Positions 1 through 7,348 of a DNA stretch of 12,809 nt are shown here, one piece after another. Numbering within the stretch: the stretch's first letter is position 1; each line of letters starts with the position of its first letter. This DNA comes from an uncultured Deinococcales bacterium (lineage in GTDB: Bacteria; Deinococcota; Deinococci; Deinococcales; JAAFIG01): positions 1 to 12,809 of the forward strand of contig CAXTKV010000157.1 in NCBI GenBank assembly GCA_964244895.1, given 5' to 3'. Made by a program: the position numbers and the translations under genes. The notes below the pieces were generated by a model. It ran no database searches. It was not told where the DNA came from and worked only from the letters and a program-made list of their open reading frames with translations.

Positions 1-24
1 GAGAATACCGTTCCAGACGGTGCG
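1..24. repeat. Right part of a ~57-bp paired-palindrome element, truncated by the window start
   Basis: GAG-AATACCGTTC-C-AGACGGTGCG aligns with GAG-AATGGCGTCC-C-GGACGGTCTC at 10203-10226. Confidence 0.7.
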
Positions 25-48
25 TTGGATACAGCGCGGGTTTCGCGG

Positions 49-540
49 TCAGGGTTTGACGCGCGGGAATCTTTTGTCCAGCGCGCCGATCAGCGCGACC
101 TCGAGTTGGTTCGTGATGCTTTGCGGGTTCTCGTCCAGACCCTTTCCGGCCTCGGAGTCGGAGAAAGCGACCGCTGTTCGCGGTTGGGCATACCCTTCAA
201 TCGCAGAAACCAGGATCAGCACGTTCCGGGCGCGACCATCGATTTCTTCGCGCCACGGGGTTTCGCGCAGCGTGATCTGAAACAGATCCGAGTGGACGGG
301 TTCGAACTGCGTGTTCGCGACTTGCTCGAGTTTTGCATCTTTGAAAAAGAATTTGACTGGAAGATCGAAGTCGCGCACGAGCACGGGCGGATGGTTGAAG
401 CCTCGAACAAATTGGACGGAGAAAGCGGCGATTTCTTGCGCTTTGCCTTCCCAGATCATGTTCCCTAAATCGAGGTCATCCTGGGCTCGAGCCAGGCAAC
501 AGACCAGCAAGCAGGTCGCCAGCGCGTACAGAATTCGCAT
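49..540 (-). CDS. Hypothetical secreted protein (163 aa) with a Sec-type signal peptide
   Basis: N-terminus MRILYALATCLLVCCLARA|QDD has a basic residue, a hydrophobic core and an AxA site. A TAAACT box lies on the minus strand (547-552), 6 nt before the ATG at 540. No family recognised. Confidence 0.75.
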   Translation of the reverse strand: MRILYALATCLLVCCLARAQDDLDLGNMIWEGKAQEIAAFSVQFVRGFNHPPVLVRDFDLPVKFFFKDAKLEQVANTQFEPVHSDLFQITLRETPWREEIDGRARNVLILVSAIEGYAQPRTAVAFSDSEAGKGLDENPQSITNQLEVALIGALDKRFPRVKP

Positions 541-546
541 CGTTTC

Positions 547-552
547 AGTTTA
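547..552 (-). promoter_or_regulatory. -10 box (TAAACT) of a probable leaderless transcript
   Basis: Minus strand reads TAAACT-gaaacg-ATG with no Shine-Dalgarno. Same geometry as three other genes in the window. Confidence 0.65.
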
Positions 553-676
553 TGAAACCAGCTTCTTGAATTGTCCAGAAAGCCTTTTTCACGCGTACTG
601 GGGGGATTTGCGAGTTGCATCACTCGAAGAGTCGCCTGGGGCTTCTAACCCTACAGTCAGCGTGGGGCGCGCGGCG

Positions 677-682
677 TAAACT
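677..682 (+). promoter_or_regulatory. -10 box (TAAACT) of a probable leaderless transcript for the RNA methyltransferase
   Basis: TAAACT-gcgcgc-ATG(689), no Shine-Dalgarno. Confidence 0.65.
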
Positions 683-688
683 GCGCGC

Positions 689-1597
689 ATGACGCTCGAG
701 CCACAAGAATCAAGCGCCGAGAGGCCAGCCATCGTGCTCGTCTCGCCGAAAGAGGCGGGCAACGTCGGGAGCGTGGCGCGGGCCATGAAGAATTTCGGGT
801 TGATGGATTTGCGGATCGTCCAGCCGCGATTTCAGCTCGAGAAATCCTTGCTGATGGCCGTTCACGCCTTCGACGTGATCGAGGGCGCAAAAATCTTTGA
901 CACGCTCCTGGATGCCGTCGGTGGGTGCGAACTGGTGGCGGGCACGACCGCTCGGGGTCGGCGGGATCACGCGCCGCCGGTCGCGCTGCGCGAAGCTGCG
1001 CGGGGTTTCGCGGGCGTGCGCTCGAGCGCCGTGGTCTTCGGGCGCGAGGAACACGGGCTCTACAACGATGAACTCGATTTGTGCCACGTGCATATTCGCA
1101 TCCCGACGGATGCCGTGTATCCCAGCATGAATCTGGCGCAGGCCGTGCAGGTCGTGGTCTACGAGCTGATGATGGATCGCACCAACCCCGAACCGATTCC
1201 GGCGCGGGCTCCGGTGGCGGATCGGCGCGCGATGGAAGGCCTGTATGCGCACCTCTTGGAATTCATGCTCGAGGTCGGGTACACCGACCAATTCCGGCAG
1301 GATCACGCGCTCAGGCGCTTCCGGCAGATTTACGACCGCGCCCAATTGAACGCGCAGGACGTGGCCTTCGTGCGCGGGCTGGTCTCGCAGGGCTTGTGGG
1401 CATCCCGCAAGGCCAGGGGCTTGGGCGTGCCGGGCAGCGTGCCGTGGCCTCGAGAACCCCAGGACACCGCCCTTGCTCAACAGACGGCACCTGACGGGCC
1501 ACTCGCGCTTCTTGCTCCTGAAATGGCACCTGACGGGCCACTCGCGCTCCAGGACGATGAATCACAAGCGCCGTCCCAGACGGAGCTTTCGAAGTGA
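689..1597 (+). CDS. trmJ: TrmJ/LasT-family SPOUT tRNA/rRNA 2'-O-methyltransferase with a low-complexity C-terminal extension
   Basis: Family motifs VLVSPKEAGNVGSVARAMKNFG, AGTTAR, VVFGREEHGLYNDEL and IPT...YPSMNLAQAVQVVVYE, followed by the helical TrmJ C-terminal domain. Confidence 0.88.
   Translation: MTLEPQESSAERPAIVLVSPKEAGNVGSVARAMKNFGLMDLRIVQPRFQLEKSLLMAVHAFDVIEGAKIFDTLLDAVGGCELVAGTTARGRRDHAPPVALREAARGFAGVRSSAVVFGREEHGLYNDELDLCHVHIRIPTDAVYPSMNLAQAVQVVVYELMMDRTNPEPIPARAPVADRRAMEGLYAHLLEFMLEVGYTDQFRQDHALRRFRQIYDRAQLNAQDVAFVRGLVSQGLWASRKARGLGVPGSVPWPREPQDTALAQQTAPDGPLALLAPEMAPDGPLALQDDESQAPSQTELSK
1472..1548 (+). repeat. Two tandem in-frame 39-bp units in the methyltransferase tail (LAQQTAPDGPLAL / LAPEMAPDGPLAL)
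   Basis: The 24-mer GGCACCTGACGGGCCACTCGCGCT is identical at 1486-1509 and 1525-1548. CTTGCTC at 1472 and 1511 keeps the 39-bp period. Confidence 0.9.
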
Positions 1598-3483
1598 GCC
1601 AGACCCGAGAACTCGAGAAAGCACCGTTCGGCCTGGGTGCGCGATTGTTGGCTCCGCTGCGCACCGCTTTGAACGCGTTCGGGCTGCTGCGCCCGAACGC
1701 CGAACCGGGCGTGCTGTACCGCCGCGTGCGGCTGGCGCAGGTTTTTTTGCCGCCGTTGATCGCGCTGGTGGTGGTTTTTTACCAGTTGTACGTGGTGCGT
1801 CTGACCAGCCTGAGCGGCGCCTTCTGGGCTGAGTTGGGGTTTTACGGCATCATCGGGCCGATGGTGACGTACTACACCATCGGCTGGATCGGTGCGGAAG
1901 TGCGCGAGCGCGAGAAGGCCGAGGGCGATTTGCGCAACCTGTACCTGGAGCTTTCCGAATCGCACCGGCGGCTGGCGGCCATCCAGCGCGTCACCAAGCA
2001 GGTTTCGGAGGCCAACGACCTGGCCAGCACGGTCGAAACCGCTATCCGAGGATTGACCGAAGCGGTCGGGGCGACGGCGGGCGCGATCGCGCTCGAGAGC
2101 GGCATCGTGCGCACCGTCGGCATGGGTGACGCGCCGGTACCTCTGGAGGTTTTCGACCTCGAGCCCGTGAGAACCGGGTCTCAGACCCTGGAGAGGCCGT
2201 CCGGCTGGGCGGGCGCGACCAACCGATTGTCCGTGCCGCTCAGGTGGGGCGACCGTTTTCTGGGTGCGGTTCACGCGTACTTTCAGGGCATGCCGCGCCC
2301 GGAGGCCAAGGAACTTCTGGAAATCCTGGTCGGTGAACTGTCCGCCGCCATCGAAGCCACCGAGCACCGCACGCGCGACCTCCTGACGGTCTTCGAGGTG
2401 GATCGGAGCATCCGCGCCGAATCGAACCTGGAACGATTGCTCGAGGCCGTGCTGGGGCGCATCGGGACGCGCGTGAATGCGGCGGCGGCGGCGGTCTACC
2501 TGGCGGACGAGGGCGACCGTTTGACGCTCGCCTGGGGTCGGGACGTGCGCGGTGAGCGCGTGCGCGGCTACGAGGTCGGACGGCTGGCGCTTCAGGTCGC
2601 GCAGTCCAGAACGCCAGTCTTGCTGGACGATCTCGAGGCCGCACCGGAATTCGAAGGTGGGGCCGACCCGGTGCTCGAGGGTGCGCGTTCCGCGATCGGC
2701 CTGCCGATGCTGTCCGACACGGAACTGGTCGGGGTGATCGTGCTGGCGGACGAACGCCCGAACGCCTTCGACCCGAATGAGCGTCCGCTGCTGGGCTTGC
2801 TGGCCAACCAGGTCACGCTGGCGGTGCGCAACGCCCGCGCGTATCTGTACTCCGAGGAACTGGCGATTCTCGATGAACGCAACCGCATCGCCCGAGAGAT
2901 CCACGACGGTATCGCGCAGAGCCTGGCTTTCACGGCTCTGAAACTCGACCTGGCCGGACGGTTGCTGGGCAAGGACAACGAGCGCGTCAGGACGGAACTC
3001 GAGACCGCCAAGAACACGCTGCGCGAGCAGATCCGCGAGGTGCGCCGCTCGATCTTCGCGCTGCGCCCGATCGACCTCGAAAGGCTGGGTTTCCTGGAAG
3101 CCGTGCGTTTTTTCGTGCGCGATTTCGGCGAGCAGCACGGTATCCGCACCGAACTCGAGCAGATCGGGGAACCGATGCTGTCCCCGACCAACGAAGCCGT
3201 CGCTTTTCGCATCCTTCAAGAAGCCCTCAACAACGTCGCCAAGCATTCCAGGGCAAAAACCGCGCGGGTGATTCTGCGCTCCGACGATGGCGGTACGTCC
3301 CTGACCGTGCAGGACGACGGCGAGGGCTTCGACCCGGATGCCCTGACGGGCAAAGTCACCAGTGCGGGCGGTCTGGGCTTGCACCAGATGCGCGAACGCG
3401 TCGAATCGCGCGGTGGTCAGTTCGGGTTTTCCTCCGCGCGCGGTTCCGGAACCCGCGTCACGGCCAGCCTGCCGATAGGTTAG
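1594..3483 (+). CDS. Membrane-anchored sensor histidine kinase (2 TM, GAF, GAF, HisKA_3, HATPase_c; NarX/LiaS/DesK class)
   Basis: Two hydrophobic helices, GAF-type segments (LSVPLRWGDRFLGAV; SAIGLPMLSDTELVGVI), H-box ERNRIAREIHDGIAQ (His codon 2902-2904), N-box QEALNNVAKHS, G1 DDGEGFD and G2 GGLGLHQMRER. The GTG start overlaps the upstream stop (GTGA 1594-1597). Confidence 0.93.
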   Translation: MSQTRELEKAPFGLGARLLAPLRTALNAFGLLRPNAEPGVLYRRVRLAQVFLPPLIALVVVFYQLYVVRLTSLSGAFWAELGFYGIIGPMVTYYTIGWIGAEVREREKAEGDLRNLYLELSESHRRLAAIQRVTKQVSEANDLASTVETAIRGLTEAVGATAGAIALESGIVRTVGMGDAPVPLEVFDLEPVRTGSQTLERPSGWAGATNRLSVPLRWGDRFLGAVHAYFQGMPRPEAKELLEILVGELSAAIEATEHRTRDLLTVFEVDRSIRAESNLERLLEAVLGRIGTRVNAAAAAVYLADEGDRLTLAWGRDVRGERVRGYEVGRLALQVAQSRTPVLLDDLEAAPEFEGGADPVLEGARSAIGLPMLSDTELVGVIVLADERPNAFDPNERPLLGLLANQVTLAVRNARAYLYSEELAILDERNRIAREIHDGIAQSLAFTALKLDLAGRLLGKDNERVRTELETAKNTLREQIREVRRSIFALRPIDLERLGFLEAVRFFVRDFGEQHGIRTELEQIGEPMLSPTNEAVAFRILQEALNNVAKHSRAKTARVILRSDDGGTSLTVQDDGEGFDPDALTGKVTSAGGLGLHQMRERVESRGGQFGFSSARGSGTRVTASLPIG

Positions 3484-3537
3484 AACCGTCCAGCACGCCA
3501 TTTTTATATTCTCAAGAAGATTGTTCCAGACGGTGTT
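3482..3537. repeat. ~56-bp paired-palindrome intergenic element
   Basis: AGAACCGTCC-A-GCACGCCATT and AAGATTGTTC-C-AGACGGTGTT, centres 3492 and 3527, spacer contains CTCAAGAA. Overlaps the kinase stop codon. Confidence 0.75.
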
Positions 3538-3684
3538 CTTTGCGCATTGACGGCTGAATCGGATCGCCGTTCGTATCGGGCTCTCGAGCATCCGCGCAAT
3601 CCCAAGACTTTCAGGACAGCGTTTCGTTGCGCCCGCTGGGTTTCTCGAGCCCAATTCCTCATCGGCGGGCTCGCTCGGGCGTTG

Positions 3685-3700
3685 TATAATGCTCCAGAGG
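3685..3700 (+). promoter_or_regulatory. Consensus -10 (TATAAT) plus Shine-Dalgarno for the gene at 3707
   Basis: TATAAT at 3685-3690, AGAGG at 3696-3700, ATG at 3707. No clear -35. Confidence 0.55.
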
Positions 3701-3706
3701 CCATTC

Positions 3707-4090
3707 ATGAATGCACGAACCAACAGACTCCCGATCATCGTCGACGCCGTCTTGATCATGGAAACCCGCAATTCCAACGCGGGTTTGCGGACGCAAGCGT
3801 TCTCGGGTGGCTGGTCGAGGCTCTACCAGGCGGGCGATTACTACCTGGATCTGTCGTTCAAACCTGAATCCAAAACAGCCGTGCTGCTGGGGCGTTTGCT
3901 GCCGTCCGCACCCCAAGAGCGGCTCGAGGGTCGCGTGGAACTTCTTCCCGTCTCGGGTGGAGATGGTCTCGAGGCACCGCTGCATCCGTCCGGTGAGTTC
4001 CGTTTCGAGTGCAACACTTCCGGCGAGCACGCGCTGATGGTCGATTTGCAGGGCACGACCCTGCGCGTTCAACCGATCGAGATGAACTGA
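3707..4090 (+). CDS. Hypothetical 127-aa beta-strand-rich protein, possible partner of the CHAT protease
   Basis: RBS-supported ATG at 3707 (the ORF track extends to 3689). The pattern AVL..E...AGLR...SRLYQAGDYYLDL...LLGRLL...GEFRF...G.H.L suggests a transthyretin/carboxypeptidase-regulatory-like beta-sandwich (pattern recognition, not a search). Confidence 0.8.
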   Translation: MNARTNRLPIIVDAVLIMETRNSNAGLRTQAFSGGWSRLYQAGDYYLDLSFKPESKTAVLLGRLLPSAPQERLEGRVELLPVSGGDGLEAPLHPSGEFRFECNTSGEHALMVDLQGTTLRVQPIEMN

Positions 4091-4212
4091 GGGCACTCAG
4101 TCCAAAGAGCTTCTCGTCGAATTCCAAAAAACACCATCCAAGACGCCGAAATTCAAATGTCGGCTGCGAAATTCGGCTGGTATTATTTCCTGAATTTTTT
4201 CCAAGGCTGGCA

Positions 4213-4218
4213 TAGACT
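4213..4218 (+). promoter_or_regulatory. -10 box (TAGACT) of a probable leaderless transcript for the TPR-CHAT gene
   Basis: TAGACT-ttgaag-GTG(4225), with the GTG in frame with the CHAT ORF. Confidence 0.6.
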
Positions 4219-4224
4219 TTGAAG

Positions 4225-7107
4225 GTGACTGCGCGTCAAGACCCCGCCGTACCGTTCGAGGGTGTTGCCCTGATTAATCGGTTGCTGACCGCACCCGACG
4301 CGGCCTCACGGCTGGTATTGCTGCAGGATCGGGCGCTCGGGATTGACCTGATCGAAATCTTCAAACAAGAGGTCGAACGCGTGCGCGACACGGATGTCGC
4401 GCGCGCCGTGGCGGTCGGTGAGATCGCCACGGAGTTCGCAGAGCGCATCGGTACCCCCGACTCCCAGGCGCTGGCGTACTTCGCGCTGGGCTTGGCGCTC
4501 AACATCAACGGCGAGTTTGAACGGGCCTTCGAGGTGCTCGAGCAGGCGCGGGTGCTGTACCTGCAACTCGACCGGCAGGTTGACGCGGCCCGCGTGGCCA
4601 TCCGGCAATTGCAGGCGCTGGCCGTGACCGGACGCTACGAGGAAGCCCTCGAGCGCGGCAATCAGGCCGCTATGGTGCTGGAAACGCCCGGTTTTGAAAG
4701 CGAGTACGGGCGCTTGATGAACAACATCGGCAACATCAACCAGTACCTGGGGCGATTTGAACCCGCCGAGATCGCGCTGGAACGCGCCCGCCGCACGATG
4801 GTCGCGGTCGGCGATCCGATCGGGCTGGCGCAATCGCACGTCAGTTCCGGCAAGCTCTACGCCGCGCACGACCGCTTCCGCGAGGCCTTAGAGCACTATC
4901 AGACGGGATTGGAACTCTTCACGACGTTCGATCAGACGCGTTCCGTGGCGGGCACGAACACGCTGGTGGCGGCCTTATTTCAGCGCCAGGGCCGGTTGGC
5001 GCTGTCGCTCGAGCGCCTGAGCCGCGCCCGGCAGATGTTCGCGGATCTGGGCTTACCGGTCGATGCGGCGCAGGCGCAACTCGAGGAGGTTCGGGTTCGC
5101 AACGAACTCAACCTGATCGACGAAACCGAACCGATGGCCAAGGAAATCATCGAGGTTTTCCGGTCGCGCAGCATGATGCTCGATCTGGCCGAGGCGCTTT
5201 TTGAACTGGGCACGTCGCGCGCCAGGGCGCAACAGCCCGACGCGGCCCGAGAAACCCTGGAAGAATCCCGCCAGGCCTGGCTCGAGATCGGCAACGGCAC
5301 GCAAGCCGCGCTGGTCGAAGTCTCGATGGCGGCGCTGGATCTTTCGAGCGATGACCCCAAAGTGCTCGAATCCGCCCGCCAGCGCGCCGCCCAGGCCGCC
5401 GAAAAGCTCGAGCGCGCCGGGGCGCGCTCCGCGCTGGCCTTCGCGCTGTTGATCCTGGCCGAAGTCCAGAGCGCCCTGGAATTGAAGGACGATTCGATCC
5501 GAACCTTGGAGCGAGCCGATGCGATCGCGCATGAACTGAACGTGCCCGACCTGATCGTGCAGACGACCTGGCGCTTGGGTCGCGCCAGCATGGAGCAGGG
5601 CCATGCCATGAAGGCCGAATCGCGCTTCCGCGAGGTGATCGCCCAACTCGAGCAGGTGCGCGCCAGCCTGTCGGTGGACGATTTCAAGAGCGCCTACCTG
5701 GAAGACAAACTGGCCGTGTACGGCGACCTGGTAAGCTTGTTGATCGACCAGCAGCGCACCAGAGAAGCGCTCGATTTCGCCGAGCGCGCCAAATCCAGGG
5801 CGTTGCTCGATCAGCTTTCCCGGAACCTCGAGACGGACGATTCTGCCGCCGACCCGGAAATCGTGCGCCTCGAAGAGCGTCTGAGCCAGGTTCGTCGCGA
5901 CCTGAACGCGTCCTTCATGCGCTCCGAGGTCGAACGCGAGGCGACATCGACGCGCGGAGCCAGCCTGGATCGCGTGCTGGAACTCGAGCGGGAAGTCACC
6001 GAACTGATCCGCGAACTCGAACGCCGCCGGGTGGTGGCCGAACCCGAAGAAACGAGCGCGAACCCCGTCGATCTGCTCGCGACCATCGAACCGGGCGCGA
6101 CGCTGATCGAATACTTCGAGGTCGGCGATGAACTGATCGCTTTCGTCGCCGAAGACGCTCAGGTTCGCGCCGTGCGCGGCCTGATGCCCGACGCCGAGGT
6201 GCGCCACCGTCTGGAACGCCTCGAGTTCATCTTCGCGCGGGTGGCCAACCCCGGCCCTTACGCCGCCGTGTACACCCCAGAAGTCCTGCGCAAGCAGGTG
6301 GACGGGTTGCTCGAGGAGCTTTTTGACGGGTTGATCGCGCCGCTCGACCTGAAGCTCGAAGGGAAAAAGTTGATCGTCGTGCCGCACGGGGCGCTGTCCG
6401 CCGTGCCGTTCTCGGCCTTGAAATCCGGCGACGCGTACCTGATCGACCGCGCCCGGATCTCGCTCGCGCCCAGCCTGGCCGTTTACGCTGCCTGCACGGC
6501 CAGAGAATCCAGCCCGTCCACGACGGTCGCGGCTTTCGGCATTCCCAGCAAGGAAATTCCCGCCGTGGCCGAAGAGGTTCGCAGCGTCGCCCGCGTGTTC
6601 CCCGGCGGTCGCGCTTTCGTCGGCGAGGAAGCCAGCTTCGCGGCCTTTTTCGAGTTCGCGCCCGAAGCCAGCGTGCTGCACATCGCCACCCACGGCGCGT
6701 TCCGACCCGACAACCCGATGTTCTCCGGGCTGAAACTGGCCGATGGCTGGTTGTCCGCCCGCGATTTGTACCGTTTGCGTTTGCGCGGTTCGTTGACGGT
6801 GCTGTCCGCCTGCGAATCCGGCCTGGGTGCATCATCCGGCGGCGAGGTGCTGGGCTTGGCGCGCGGATTTCTGCACGCGGGCGCGCCCGCGCTGGTGGTC
6901 AGTTTGTGGCCCGTCCAGGACGAACAGACCGCCCTTTTGATGACCGCTTTCTACACCGGTTTGCACGCCGGACAGACCGTGGCCGACGCCATGCGCGGCG
7001 CGCAACTCGAGCTTCGCGCGCAGCACGACAATCCCTACCACTGGGGCGCGTTCACCGTCACCGGCGATCCGAACCGCACCGCCATGCTCAGTTCCGCGAA
7101 AGCCTGA
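4225..7107 (+). CDS. TPR-repeat CHAT-domain (caspase/separase-like, clan CD) cysteine protease, ~960 aa
   Basis: N-terminal TPR-like helical repeats (NNIGNINQYLGRFEPA etc.), ALDFAERAKSRALLD, LIVVPHGALSAVPFSAL, catalytic LHIATHG (His codon 6691-6693) and VLSACESG (Cys codon 6811-6813), VVSLWPVQD and HDNPYHWGAF. GTG 4225 is preferred over TTG 4219 because of the -10 spacing. Confidence 0.93.
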   Translation: MTARQDPAVPFEGVALINRLLTAPDAASRLVLLQDRALGIDLIEIFKQEVERVRDTDVARAVAVGEIATEFAERIGTPDSQALAYFALGLALNINGEFERAFEVLEQARVLYLQLDRQVDAARVAIRQLQALAVTGRYEEALERGNQAAMVLETPGFESEYGRLMNNIGNINQYLGRFEPAEIALERARRTMVAVGDPIGLAQSHVSSGKLYAAHDRFREALEHYQTGLELFTTFDQTRSVAGTNTLVAALFQRQGRLALSLERLSRARQMFADLGLPVDAAQAQLEEVRVRNELNLIDETEPMAKEIIEVFRSRSMMLDLAEALFELGTSRARAQQPDAARETLEESRQAWLEIGNGTQAALVEVSMAALDLSSDDPKVLESARQRAAQAAEKLERAGARSALAFALLILAEVQSALELKDDSIRTLERADAIAHELNVPDLIVQTTWRLGRASMEQGHAMKAESRFREVIAQLEQVRASLSVDDFKSAYLEDKLAVYGDLVSLLIDQQRTREALDFAERAKSRALLDQLSRNLETDDSAADPEIVRLEERLSQVRRDLNASFMRSEVEREATSTRGASLDRVLELEREVTELIRELERRRVVAEPEETSANPVDLLATIEPGATLIEYFEVGDELIAFVAEDAQVRAVRGLMPDAEVRHRLERLEFIFARVANPGPYAAVYTPEVLRKQVDGLLEELFDGLIAPLDLKLEGKKLIVVPHGALSAVPFSALKSGDAYLIDRARISLAPSLAVYAACTARESSPSTTVAAFGIPSKEIPAVAEEVRSVARVFPGGRAFVGEEASFAAFFEFAPEASVLHIATHGAFRPDNPMFSGLKLADGWLSARDLYRLRLRGSLTVLSACESGLGASSGGEVLGLARGFLHAGAPALVVSLWPVQDEQTALLMTAFYTGLHAGQTVADAMRGAQLELRAQHDNPYHWGAFTVTGDPNRTAMLSSAKA

Positions 7108-7152
7108 ACACCGTCCAGCACGCGTCCACGAAACACTGTCCTGAACGGTGTT
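7107..7152. repeat. Paired palindrome, short form (centres 25 bp apart)
   Basis: AACACCGTCC-A-GCACGCGTCC (centre 7117) and AACACTGTCC-T-GAACGGTGTT (centre 7142). Begins in the CHAT stop codon. Confidence 0.8.
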
Positions 7153-7294
7153 CCTCGTGCCCCGTTCGCTGTGGCACGGTTCCAACGGCCACGAACGCCT
7201 GGAGCGTTTTTCACTACGGTTTTAACGCCTCCCAAAAGACGGGTCGCGGGCGAACCTCCGTGCTAAACGCTCTTGTTTTCACTCGCACAGCTCG

Positions 7295-7325
7295 AAAAGT
7301 GTTTGCAAAGGGCGCAAACACTTTT
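7295..7325. promoter_or_regulatory. Perfect 12-bp AT-rich inverted repeat; operator or terminator-like
   Basis: AAAAGTGTTTGC (7295-7306), 7-nt loop, GCAAACACTTTT (7314-7325). Covers the expected -35 position of the phhB promoter. Confidence 0.55.
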
Positions 7326-7336
7326 GAAAAATGCTC

Positions 7337-7342
7337 TAGATT
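7337..7342 (+). promoter_or_regulatory. -10 box (TAGATT) of a probable leaderless phhB transcript
   Basis: TAGATT-gaaggt-ATG(7349). Confidence 0.6.
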
Positions 7343-7348
7343 GAAGGT

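Noticed and set aside
25..468. 147-aa plus-strand ORF
   Set aside because: Overlaps the minus-strand gene that has a signal peptide and promoter. Its TTG start abuts a repeat and has no RBS.
3689..3706. Upstream ATG start for the small hypothetical gene
   Set aside because: This ATG overlaps the TATAAT box, whereas ATG 3707 has a well-spaced AGAGG.
1477..3777. 766-aa minus-strand ORF
   Set aside because: Antisense shadow of the histidine kinase with no recognisable motifs. Long antisense ORFs are expected in high-GC coding DNA.
5053..6693. 546-aa minus-strand ORF
   Set aside because: Antisense to the TPR-CHAT gene, which has clear family motifs.
4225..7107. Type III-E Craspase (Csx29) or gasdermin-associated locus
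   Set aside because: No Cas7-11, Csx30/Csx31, RpoE, CRISPR array or gasdermin-like ORF in the window. Only generic TPR-CHAT architecture is supported.
7163..7212. Imperfect hairpin CGTTCG..GTGGC / GCCAC-GAACG followed later by TTTTT, as CHAT terminator
   Set aside because: Bulged stem, long loop and a T-run about 9 nt from the stem base; too weak to call.
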